A DNA stretch of 16,034 nucleotides from an uncultured Desulfobacteraceae bacterium (GTDB lineage Bacteria > Desulfobacterota > Desulfobacteria > Desulfobacterales > 4572-123), in contig CAYQNS010000082.1 of assembly GCA_964418755.1 (NCBI GenBank), positions 1 to 16,034 on the forward strand, read 5' to 3'. Made by a program: the position numbers and the translations under genes. Position 1 is the stretch's first letter. Each line of letters starts with the position of its first letter. This document shows, one piece after another, positions 7,943 to 14,924 of the stretch. The notes below the pieces were generated by a model. It ran no database searches, was not told the DNA's origin, and worked only from the letters and a program-made list of their open reading frames with translations.

Positions 7943-8092
7943 TGAGCAATTAGCGGTTAGCCATTAGCGTTTAGCTTTGAAAAATCAGGGCATTACAGTA
8001 AGGGGAAACAGCACCCGCCGGATGAGTATTTGTAATAGAAGACCACTTGTAATCATTGAACTAATAGCTGGCTGCTAACGGCTAATCGCTCA
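7943..8092. repeat. long imperfect inverted repeat built from heptamer arrays (TTAGCNN x4 facing GCTAA-type x5)
   Basis: TTAGC starts at 7950, 7957, 7964 and 7971, an exact 7-nt phase. The complementary (N)GCTAA-type units start at 8060, 8067, 8074, 8081 and 8088. Arms 7943-7961 and 8074-8092 pair 17/19, and weaker pairing continues inward. The arms enclose ~84 nt. Confidence 0.7.
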
Positions 8093-8093
8093 A

Positions 8094-8250
8094 TTTAGTT
8101 AGTGTCCATCCAGAAACGAGGATTTTCGTTCAGGATCAAGGCATGCGAAAAATTTTACCACAGGCATATAGTTGATATTCCGAGGATAAAATTTTTCGTA
8201 TAACGCAGAGCTTGGGCGAAAAGACCGTTTCTGGATGGGCACTAGTTATA
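8094..8250 (+). ncRNA. candidate structured RNA or MITE-like element: ~155-nt rod-like hairpin
   Basis: Hand fold. 8100-8118 pairs with 8226-8244 (19 bp). 8123-8134 pairs with 8211-8222 (12 bp). 8143-8159 pairs with 8184-8201 (17 bp, one bulge). The apical loop is 24 nt. Seven helix positions are G:U-compatible only on the + strand. No family was recognised. Confidence 0.35.
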
Positions 8251-8309
8251 CTTTGCTGATCTCACACACTCCGTGTTCTCTGCGGCCTCTGTATTGGACA
8301 GTTATGGGT

Positions 8310-9212
8310 TCAATAACCGAATTTACGCAGGGCCCTTGTGTCTTTGCTCCAGTTTTTCTGTACGCGGACAAAGAGTTTCAAAAATACCCGGGCGCCCAGC
8401 ATGCGCTCGATCTCTTTTCTGGATGCTTCGCCGATCTGTTTGAGTTTGGAGCCCTGTTTGCCGATAATGATGCCCTTCTGGGAATCACGTTCGATGTGAA
8501 TCGTGGCATAAATCTTGACCAGGGCACCTTTTTTTTCTTCTTTAAAAGAGTCGATGGTCACTGCCGTAGAGTAGGGAATTTCCTGACCGGTCAGGCGAAA
8601 AACCTTTTCGCGGATCATTTCAGCGGCAATAAACCGTTCGGGAACATCGGTAAGGGTATCTTCCGGGAAAAAGGGCGGCCCCTCGGGCAGCATGCCCTCC
8701 ATGGCGCTCATCAGATCCTCGACCTGCTGACCGTGACGGGCGGAAATCGGTACGATTGCTTTAAAGTCAAAGGCATGGGTCCAGTTATCGATAAGTTTCA
8801 GCAGGCGCGGTTTTTTCACCAGATCGATCTTGTTCAGGGCAAGGATTACAGACCGTTTCCGAGCTTTCAATTTTTCGACCATAAATAATTCGGATTCGGG
8901 ATCAGCCTGGGATGCATCCACGATTATCAGAACCAGGTCCACGTCGGCAAGGGTTGACAGGGCCACCTCCACAATGCGCACGTTCAGTGGACTGCGGGCC
9001 TTGTGTACACCGGGGGTGTCGATAAAAACAAGCTGGGCCGCAGGCCGGTGCACGACCCCGATGATCCGGTTTCGCGTGGTCTGGGGTTTTTTGGAAGTGA
9101 TGGAAATTTTTTCCCCCAGCATCCGGTTTAAAAGGGTGGATTTGCCGGCGTTGGGTGCTCCCACCAGAGCGATGAAGCCGGATCGAAATTTTGGAAGCTG
9201 ATTATTTTTCAT
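8310..9212 (-). CDS. era: GTPase Era
   Basis: 300 aa. G1 is GAPNAGKST, G3 is DTPG, G4 is NKID, and the C-terminal KH domain carries IIGKQGSKLKQIG. The whole length looks typical of Era. Confidence 0.95.
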   Translation of the reverse strand: MKNNQLPKFRSGFIALVGAPNAGKSTLLNRMLGEKISITSKKPQTTRNRIIGVVHRPAAQLVFIDTPGVHKARSPLNVRIVEVALSTLADVDLVLIIVDASQADPESELFMVEKLKARKRSVILALNKIDLVKKPRLLKLIDNWTHAFDFKAIVPISARHGQQVEDLMSAMEGMLPEGPPFFPEDTLTDVPERFIAAEMIREKVFRLTGQEIPYSTAVTIDSFKEEKKGALVKIYATIHIERDSQKGIIIGKQGSKLKQIGEASRKEIERMLGARVFLKLFVRVQKNWSKDTRALRKFGY

Positions 9213-9234
9213 AGAAAAAAACTTTAATAAGCGC

Positions 9235-9846
9235 CTATATATCGATATCTATCAGATCCTTGATGACAGACCACACCATTTCCTTGCCAAGACGCGTTTT
9301 AGCGGAAAAAAGTATCAGGTCTGGCCTTTCAACGCCAAGGGTATCGGCGATGATGGCGAGCTGTCTGGCCTGCCTGGTTTTCGACAGCTTGTCGGCCTTG
9401 GTTACAATCAGAATTTTGGGGATATTTAAATCATGGAACCAGTCGATAAAATCGATCTCTTCCCGGCGCGGCGTGCGCCTGATATCCATGATCAGCGTCA
9501 CACCTTTCAGGGTTTTGCGCGTGGTAAGATAGGTCTCAATCATCGGCCCCCAGTTTTTTCGGATATGGGCAGGGACTTTTGCATACCCGTAGCCCGGGAG
9601 GTCAATAAAGCTGAAGGTTTCGTTGATGTCAAAAAAATTGATCAGTTGGGTTCGCCCCGGCGTCGAACTGGTTTTGACCAGGCGCTTGCGATTGACAAGG
9701 GTATTGATCACGGATGATTTTCCCACATTGGAACGTCCGGCAAAGGCGATTTCGGGCAAGTTCGCCACTGGGTAATGGGACGGTTTAACAGCGCTTTTAA
9801 TAAACTCCGCGGATTTGATAATCATTTTATTTTTAGTACCGGGCAT
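9235..9846 (-). CDS. engB: ribosome-biogenesis GTPase YihA/YsxC (EngB)
   Basis: 203 aa. Motifs are AFAGRSNVGKSSVINTL, DLPGYGYAKV and TKADK. It is colinear with B. subtilis YsxC as I recall it. An alternative start is at Met8 (9825). Confidence 0.9.
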   Translation of the reverse strand: MPGTKNKMIIKSAEFIKSAVKPSHYPVANLPEIAFAGRSNVGKSSVINTLVNRKRLVKTSSTPGRTQLINFFDINETFSFIDLPGYGYAKVPAHIRKNWGPMIETYLTTRKTLKGVTLIMDIRRTPRREEIDFIDWFHDLNIPKILIVTKADKLSKTRQARQLAIIADTLGVERPDLILFSAKTRLGKEMVWSVIKDLIDIDI

Positions 9847-9931
9847 CCTGAATTTGTTATTTTCGGTTTATCCGAGTCAGATCATTCAAGCATAGCCCGA
9901 GGTTTAATTAAAAGCAATAATGATTAAAAAC

Positions 9932-11065
9932 TTAATGAGGGGCCGCCGGATACGGCTTTACATACCCTCCCGGAATCCCTTCAGGAGAAAAGACAATCTG
10001 CCAGAGTTGCATCTGCCTTGCCCGGAAACAGCCGGCACACGCGAGCAGGTAGTATGTCCACATGCGATAAAAACGCTCATCATAATTTTCTTTTAACGCT
10101 TCCCGGTTGCTCTTGAAATTATGGTACCAGGCCATCAGGGTCTTGTCATAATCAGCACCAAAATTATGCCAGTCTTCCATAATAAAATGGCCTTCACCGG
10201 CTTCAAGCAACTGTTTTCCGGAAGGAATCATTGAATTCGGGAAAATATATCGTTCAATCCAGGCGTCGACATTGACTCCCGACTCATTCGACCCGATGGT
10301 ATGCAGCAGAAACAGACCGTCTTTTGCCAGATGTTCTCGGGCCACCTTGAAAAAGACAGCATAATTCTTGACGCCCACATGCTCGATCATACCTACGGAT
10401 ACGATGCTGTCATAGATTCCCTCCAGGCTCCGGTAATCCTGCAGGCGGATCTTCACAGGAAGCCCCCGGCACAGATTTTTTGCAAAAATTGCCTGTTGTT
10501 TGGAAACCGTTATGCCGTCAACCTTGACACCATATTTTTCTGCGGCATACCTGGCGGTACCGCCCCAGCCGCAGCCGATATCCAGAAGCCGCATACCTGG
10601 TTTTAAATTAAGCTTGCGACAGATCATGTCGAGCTTGTGCTCCTGGGCCTGGTTCAGGTCGGCAGTATTTTCCCAATATCCGCAACTGTAGATCATCAAC
10701 TTGTCAAGCATCAAACGATAAAGGTTATTCCCGATATCATAGTGCCGTTTGCCTATTTCAAAGGCCCGTGATCGTTTTCCCATATTGATCAGGCGGGCCT
10801 TGAGGATTTTCAGAGAATCGATAAAGGAGATAACTGCACTGTCCAGTTTTTGAAGCAATATCCTGTAAAAAAATTCATCGAGCCGGTCACAGTCCCACCA
10901 CTTGTCCATATAAGACTCCCCCAGACCCAGGGAGCCTTTGGTCATGACTCTTTCATAAAAATTTTCATTATGAATCCGGATGTCCCAGGGATGTTGACCG
11001 TTGGTTTGAACGTTGGCGGACTCGAGCAACCGGCAGGCAGTCTTTTTAAAGTTGTCTTGTTTCAT
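9932..11065 (-). CDS. cfa: cyclopropane-fatty-acyl-phospholipid synthase (SAM-dependent)
   Basis: The SAM motif is LLDIGCGWGG, with CFA-synthase-type flanking regions (YDIGNNLY, SCGYW, GMIEHVG, IFPNSMIPS). I prefer the ATG at 11065 (MKQDNF..., 377 aa), which is preceded by an SD GGGGGA at 11072-11077. The ORF-track TTG at 11092 seems less likely. Confidence 0.9.
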   Translation of the reverse strand: MKQDNFKKTACRLLESANVQTNGQHPWDIRIHNENFYERVMTKGSLGLGESYMDKWWDCDRLDEFFYRILLQKLDSAVISFIDSLKILKARLINMGKRSRAFEIGKRHYDIGNNLYRLMLDKLMIYSCGYWENTADLNQAQEHKLDMICRKLNLKPGMRLLDIGCGWGGTARYAAEKYGVKVDGITVSKQQAIFAKNLCRGLPVKIRLQDYRSLEGIYDSIVSVGMIEHVGVKNYAVFFKVAREHLAKDGLFLLHTIGSNESGVNVDAWIERYIFPNSMIPSGKQLLEAGEGHFIMEDWHNFGADYDKTLMAWYHNFKSNREALKENYDERFYRMWTYYLLACAGCFRARQMQLWQIVFSPEGIPGGYVKPYPAAPH

Positions 11066-11465
11066 ACTGTTTCCCCCATATAATTGACTCAAATTACAAC
11101 TGTCGTCAGGATTTCAGCAGAATTAAAAAAGATAGCATTCTATGCATTGCTTTTTATAGATACGTAGTGAGTGTAACCTCAAAATGATCAAGATTGTCAA
11201 GTGTTTTTTTATCAGATCCCCTTAATGATCCGGGGTCATTTCCGTACATCTCCCGGATTCTGCATTCCGGAATCAGGCATAAGCCGGTTTGAAGGGAAAA
11301 TTATTGGTACCCGGAAAATAGCGTTTTTTAACCGGTGTCGTTATTTTGGGTATTGATTTTTTTTCAGGCATATGGCCTAAATGATAAAAATTACAGTATA
11401 CACTGTTTTTGCTTGTCATGAAGGATGTCTGAACCGGAATATTTTTTGACAAATTACAAAAAATC

Positions 11466-12005
11466 ATGGGCAAACTACTAAATCTGGACGAATATCGTCT
11501 TAAAACGGCTGCGCAGCGTGGCTTCGGCGCCTGGCAAAACCGTTTCGGTGTCATATTCAACCGGCGTACAACCATTGCCGACCTTGACGACCCGGTCCTT
11601 TATTTTTTGGCTCTACCCGGAGAAAAATATACCCAGGCATATTACGAACTGATTATGGGGGTCCTGGATCTGGGTCCGGCAATCAATTTTTACAGCCTTG
11701 AAAAAAGCAACCAGATAAAGGTGACTGAAATTCAGCTGTTTCTGGCCGATCAGATCCGTTTTGAACTGATGCGGCGCCTTGGATGGGTGGACGCCCTGGT
11801 CTGTGAAAAAGACACCCTGCTTGAACTGGTTATGCAATTTGATGACCTGAACAGGCGCGGCTGCGGCAAGCCGCCGAATCTGTCGGCCTCCCATCCTGCC
11901 TATCCGGAATTCAGCAAACTCATTTCCCGGGACAGGGAGGTGTTTATCCGGCAACTGCTGCCAAAGGCCATAGAGGCTTTCAGTGCCAAGCTGCATGATA
12001 AATGA
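11466..12005 (+). CDS. hypothetical protein
   Basis: A 179-aa ORF with coding-like composition. I recognised no motif. No obvious SD precedes the ATG. Confidence 0.55.
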   Translation: MGKLLNLDEYRLKTAAQRGFGAWQNRFGVIFNRRTTIADLDDPVLYFLALPGEKYTQAYYELIMGVLDLGPAINFYSLEKSNQIKVTEIQLFLADQIRFELMRRLGWVDALVCEKDTLLELVMQFDDLNRRGCGKPPNLSASHPAYPEFSKLISRDREVFIRQLLPKAIEAFSAKLHDK

Positions 12006-12010
12006 CCCCC

Positions 12011-12035
12011 CGCATTCTTCATGCAAATGCGTTTT
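12011..12035 (+). terminator. weak candidate intrinsic terminator after the 179-aa ORF
   Basis: CGCATT (12011-16) pairs with AATGCG (12026-31), followed by TTTT. The stem is short. Confidence 0.3.
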
Positions 12036-12125
12036 CTAATTCACACTCTTTGCCCAAAAATTGGGCGTCTCCAACCTGTACTCAGTAATATTCCCGGCGA
12101 AGATTTAGCGTTATAAAAAAATGGA

Positions 12126-12170
12126 TGGTCGGGGCGAGAGGATTTGAACCTCCGGCCCCCTGCTCCCAAA
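12126..12170 (-). pseudogene. 3' fragment (anticodon loop to CCA) of tRNA-Pro(UGG), a displaced att-site remnant
   Basis: The reverse complement reads TTTGGGA (anticodon loop, anticodon TGG, U33, G37), GCAGG, GGGCC, GGAGG-TTCAAAT-CCTCT (T arm), CGCCCCG-A-CCA. No D arm and no 5' acceptor strand (CGGGGCG) is present upstream. A T-run follows the CCA end on the minus strand. Confidence 0.75.
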
Positions 12171-12227
12171 TCAAAAAGAGTCGTATTTCAGCCCCTTTCA
12201 AACCACTTCAAAACCTTACATTAATAC

Positions 12228-12256
12228 TTGACATTACAGAAAAAAACCCTTATATT
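12228..12256 (+). promoter_or_regulatory. candidate sigma-70 promoter of the integrase gene
   Basis: TTGACA (12228-12233), an exactly 17-nt spacer, then TATATT (12251-12256). It lies ~90 nt upstream of the int start. Confidence 0.45.
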
Positions 12257-12299
12257 CCTTTTCAGATAGTTTCACTATATTTCACCCTTACAAGGGCTG

Positions 12300-12323
12300 A
12301 AACTGTACCCCAAACTGTACCCC
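12300..12323 (+). repeat. perfect tandem 12-mer AAACTGTACCCC x2 between promoter and int SD (possible integrase or regulator binding site)
   Basis: 12300-12311 and 12312-12323 are identical. The SD AGGAG lies at 12334-12338. Further short direct repeats are TTCAAACC/TTCAAAACC (12197-12204, 12207-12215) and TTTCAC x2 (12270-12275, 12280-12285). Confidence 0.8.
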
Positions 12324-12347
12324 GGATTTTGAAAGGAGTAATGATTT

Positions 12348-13559
12348 ATGGGACTTACAGATTTAACCATCCGAAAACTGGCATCTAAAATGCAAAGATA
12401 CGAAATTTTAGACGATAATGGCCTGTATATCCGGGTTTTCCCTTCTGGTAAAAAATCATGGGTATTTCGGTACCCTTTTGATGGGACATACCGGCGTATG
12501 ACCTTGGGGCAATACCCTGGAATATCGCTTGCTGAAGCGCGAGAAAAGCACGGTAAAGCAATGATGGGCATACAGCAAGGCGTTGATCCGGGGGCAGAAC
12601 TGCAAGCAATCAAAGCAAAACGAAAGGCCACACCCACCTTTAATGACTTGCTTGATGAATTTTGGGAAATGGAACTGAGGGTTTCCCCGTCAGGCAAAGA
12701 GCGGCGGCGGCTTGTTAATAAGGACACGATGCCTGTATGGGCGAAACGAAAGGTTGCTGATATTACCCGGCGTGATGCCGTTATTCTTTTGGATAGAGTA
12801 CGAAAACGGGCACCCATAACGGCAAATCGTTTGCAGGGTGTTTTGGCCAGGATGTTCAATTTCGCAAGTGAACGGGGCATTATTGATTATTCCCCGCTTA
12901 CCGGATTAAGGCGAAAAAAAGAAAAAGCCCGTACAAGAGTTTTAACCGATGCTGAAATAAAATTGTTATGGCAGGCCCTGGACCTTGAAAACATTGATAT
13001 GGATATTTACAGAGTCACAAAATTAGCATTGAAAATGATTCTATTGACAGGACAAAGGCCCGGTGAAGTGTCCGGCATGGCCTGGGCTGAACTGTCAGAA
13101 GATGGCTTCTGGAACATACCACCAAGCCGGATGAAAAACAGCGAGCCCCAAAGGGTGCCATTGTGTCCTATGGCCCTTGATGTGATCGAACAGGCCCGGC
13201 CATATTCAAGTGATTGTGATTTTGTGTTTCAATCATCACACAAGCCCGGCCAGGCAGTCACCAGACCGGCATTGACTAAGGCGGTTTCACGGCATTGGTC
13301 TGAAATGGGAATTGAGGAGAAATTCACACCACACGACTTGAGGCGAACGCTACGAACCAGACTTGCAGAGATGGGCGTCAATGACATGATAGCCGAGCGT
13401 GTCCTGGGTCATAAGCTCCAAGGCATGATGGCAGTTTATAACCGGCACGGCTATGACACGGAAAAACGGCAGGCCCTTTTAAAATGGGAAAATAGGTTGC
13501 TTGAAATTGTGGGACTTGCTGAACCGGATGGATCTAAAGTTATTCAGTTTAGGCGGTGA
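12348..13559 (+). CDS. int: tyrosine recombinase/integrase, P4-like with an N-terminal DUF4102 arm-binding domain
   Basis: 403 aa. The N-terminus LTDLTIRKL...GLYIRVFPSGKKSWVFRY...LGQYPGISLAEAR is typical of DUF4102. Catalytic residues are LLTGQRPGEV (Arg), HDLRRT (His-x-x-Arg), VLGH and AVYNRHGY (Tyr). Confidence 0.95.
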   Translation: MGLTDLTIRKLASKMQRYEILDDNGLYIRVFPSGKKSWVFRYPFDGTYRRMTLGQYPGISLAEAREKHGKAMMGIQQGVDPGAELQAIKAKRKATPTFNDLLDEFWEMELRVSPSGKERRRLVNKDTMPVWAKRKVADITRRDAVILLDRVRKRAPITANRLQGVLARMFNFASERGIIDYSPLTGLRRKKEKARTRVLTDAEIKLLWQALDLENIDMDIYRVTKLALKMILLTGQRPGEVSGMAWAELSEDGFWNIPPSRMKNSEPQRVPLCPMALDVIEQARPYSSDCDFVFQSSHKPGQAVTRPALTKAVSRHWSEMGIEEKFTPHDLRRTLRTRLAEMGVNDMIAERVLGHKLQGMMAVYNRHGYDTEKRQALLKWENRLLEIVGLAEPDGSKVIQFRR

Positions 13560-13669
13560 AACAGTTTCAGTGGATAGAGGTGGAATAATTACCCGCCTTG
13601 ACAAGGCCTGTTACCTGGACAGGCTTTCCACTGAATTATTTCAACCAGGGGCAGTCGACAGGGGGCACC

Positions 13670-14497
13670 ATGTTAAAAGAAATTTATTCATTATTAAACG
13701 AGGGCGCCGACACATTACCGGATGATTCTATTTCAAACGGTTTGAATGAAAAAATAGAATTTACGGAAGCGATCCTAAAAGACTACCGGCAGCATCTTGA
13801 AACTTTTTATTTTAAAATAAATCCACCTTTAGAAGATATAGACGATATTGACCATGCCGATATTGAAGTCTTAAAACTTCTTTTGGCTGAAAAATACACA
13901 CCACCCGAAAAACCGATTTACAACCTTGAAAAACAAAAATCGACCGAGATTTACAACCATTTAAAAACAGCCTGTTTTTGTTATCGGTTGATGAGCGAAA
14001 CACAACCACCGGCGCGTCATCTTATGTTAAAACTCGATCTTGCAATCCTAAAACTATCCCATGCGGCGATTTTAGAAAAAGAAAAAATGATCCGTGATGA
14101 AAATTTTTTGGGAACACACTTGAGCAAACGGAAAAACCGACCAACAGCACGAAAAATGATTCTTGAATCTCTTAAAAAAGGCACGAAAATAAGAACAAGC
14201 ACTGTTCAGAGTAGATTAAAAAAACAAGGCATTGTTCGAGCGTCAAGAACAATTCGAGACGATGTCAAGGCGGTTAAAAATTTTTTGGATCAAAGAGAAT
14301 CAGAATCTTACTTGCTTAAAAAAAAAGAAAATGAGCGGTACGGCCAAAAGTTAGCGGCAGATTATGTGCGGTATGTTAAAAAGGTGGAAGCTTCATATGA
14401 ACAAAAAGAAAAGTTAGCGGCAGATTTTGTGCGGCACATAAAAAAGCTGGAAGCTTCATATGGACAAAAAACAAGCTCAAAATCAGACGACATTTAA
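13670..14497 (+). CDS. hypothetical island cargo protein with a DeoR-like winged-HTH segment and a C-terminal tandem 21-aa repeat
   Basis: I prefer the ATG at 13670 (SD GGGGG at 13661-13665), giving 275 aa, over the ORF-track TTG at 13598. The segment ARKMILESLKKGTKIRTSTVQSRLKKQGIVRASRTIRDDVKAV resembles the DeoR-type HTH (..S..TIRRDL..L). The gene is AT-rich by eye. Confidence 0.65.
   Translation: MLKEIYSLLNEGADTLPDDSISNGLNEKIEFTEAILKDYRQHLETFYFKINPPLEDIDDIDHADIEVLKLLLAEKYTPPEKPIYNLEKQKSTEIYNHLKTACFCYRLMSETQPPARHLMLKLDLAILKLSHAAILEKEKMIRDENFLGTHLSKRKNRPTARKMILESLKKGTKIRTSTVQSRLKKQGIVRASRTIRDDVKAVKNFLDQRESESYLLKKKENERYGQKLAADYVRYVKKVEASYEQKEKLAADFVRHIKKLEASYGQKTSSKSDDI
14346..14471 (+). repeat. 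in-frame 63-bp tandem duplication inside the cargo ORF
   Basis: 14346-14408 versus 14409-14471 match about 55/63 by hand alignment. They encode KLAADYVRYVKKVEASYEQKE and KLAADFVRHIKKLEASYGQKT. Confidence 0.9.
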
Positions 14498-14506
14498 AAA
14501 CAGCTT

Positions 14507-14536
14507 TGGCATTTAGGCCTAAATGCCATTTTTCTT
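14507..14536 (+). terminator. intrinsic terminator after the cargo ORF
   Basis: The perfect palindrome GGCATTTAGG/CCTAAATGCC (14508-14527) is followed by ATTTTTCTT. Confidence 0.7.
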
Positions 14537-14596
14537 AATCATTATAGATAGTTGAGTAGTTTTTTTCTTGCGTTCACATAACGATTCATGGGATTT

Positions 14597-14633
14597 AAAA
14601 AGGCACATCAATAAAATGATGTGTCTTTTTTTA
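14597..14633 (+). terminator. second intrinsic terminator (A-run, hairpin, T-run, so possibly bidirectional)
   Basis: AGGCACATCA (14601-14610) pairs with TGATGTGTCT (14617-14626), including one G:U. AAAA lies upstream and TTTTTTT downstream. Confidence 0.6.
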
Positions 14634-14664
14634 TGCGCAATCCAAAATATGGAGGATCGAAAAA

Positions 14665-14871
14665 ATGCAGAAAACGAAGCAGTTAAGAATTATCCGCAAA
14701 TCGGAACTTACAGACCGAATTGGCGTGTCAGGGGTGACGATTTGGCGATGGGAAAAAGCTGGAAACTTTCCCAAACGTCTGCAATTGGGGGGCCATTGCG
14801 TTGGATGGTTGGAGTCTGAGGTTGACCAATGGCTTGAAGATTGTCCGCGTATGGCTGAAAAAATCGCATAG
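14665..14871 (+). CDS. AlpA-family (phage_AlpA/MerR-like HTH) transcriptional regulator/excisionase
   Basis: 68 aa. LRIIRKSELTDRIGVSGVTIWRWEKAGNFPKRLQLGGHCVGWLESEVDQWL matches the AlpA pattern (...S..TI.R....G.FP....LG.R.VGW...EV..WL). An SD GGAGGA is upstream. Confidence 0.85.
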   Translation: MQKTKQLRIIRKSELTDRIGVSGVTIWRWEKAGNFPKRLQLGGHCVGWLESEVDQWLEDCPRMAEKIA

Positions 14872-14924
14872 TGGAGAACTCCTATAATTGGAAACCAAAA
14901 TTTTAAAACCCATAGGATGCCCCG

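Noticed and set aside
7492-7953. + strand ORFs 7492-7755, 7634-7867, 7768-7953 and the minus-strand ORF 7572-7823
   Set aside because: All overlap the HNH gene in other frames. Their Cys/Pro/Phe-rich translations lack motifs, whereas the HNH frame carries a clear catalytic core.
7943-8092. CRISPR-like array
   Set aside because: The repeat unit is only 7 nt with 2-nt variable positions and appears in inverted blocks. There are no 25-40-nt repeats with unique spacers, and no cas genes are present.
8094-8250. 6S RNA (ssrS) interpretation of the long hairpin
   Set aside because: 6S RNA needs a large central bubble that mimics an open promoter. On closer hand-folding, the apparent 14x15-nt bubble closes into a 12-bp helix (8123-8134 with 8211-8222), leaving only small internal loops. 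No flanking promoter or terminator was evident.
7601-8250. HEARO/omega-RNA plus IscB-like RNA-guided nuclease
   Set aside because: The HNH protein is only 105 aa and has no RuvC, PLMP or bridge-helix segments. The G:U asymmetry places the best RNA on the strand opposite to the HNH gene. No IS200/605-type ends or TnpA gene were seen.
8235-8888. 217-aa + strand ORF (also 8830-9201 +, and 9260-9532 and 9433-9717 +)
   Set aside because: These are antisense shadow ORFs of era and engB, whose GTPase motifs make the minus-strand frames unambiguous.
11425-11481. 18-aa mini-ORF (MSEPEYFLTNYKKSWANY) upstream of and overlapping the 179-aa gene
   Set aside because: The AAGG sequence abuts the ATG with no spacing, so it cannot act as an SD. 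There is no other support.
11273-11575. 100-aa minus-strand ORF in the cfa / hypothetical-gene divergent region
   Set aside because: It overlaps the start of the 179-aa + strand ORF, has no SD, and lies in AT-rich promoter-like sequence. It is probably non-coding.
12126-12210. Intact tRNA gene on the minus strand
   Set aside because: Only the anticodon loop through CCA is tRNA-like. The expected 5' acceptor strand CGGGGCG and a D arm are absent. The nearest look-alike, AGGGGCT, gives a 68-nt molecule with no D-loop.
12125-12388. 87-aa + strand ORF spanning the tRNA fragment and int upstream region
   Set aside because: It begins inside the tRNA remnant, runs through the promoter and repeat region, and overlaps the int start in another frame. 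It has no SD and its composition is not coding-like.
12275-12880. 201-aa minus-strand ORF
   Set aside because: It is fully antisense to the well-supported integrase gene. Its Arg/Ser-rich, low-complexity translation is typical of a shadow frame.
14568-14819. 83-aa + strand ORF upstream of and overlapping alpA
   Set aside because: It contains the second intrinsic terminator (14597-14633) within its coding span and overlaps the AlpA frame, which has a clear family signature and SD.
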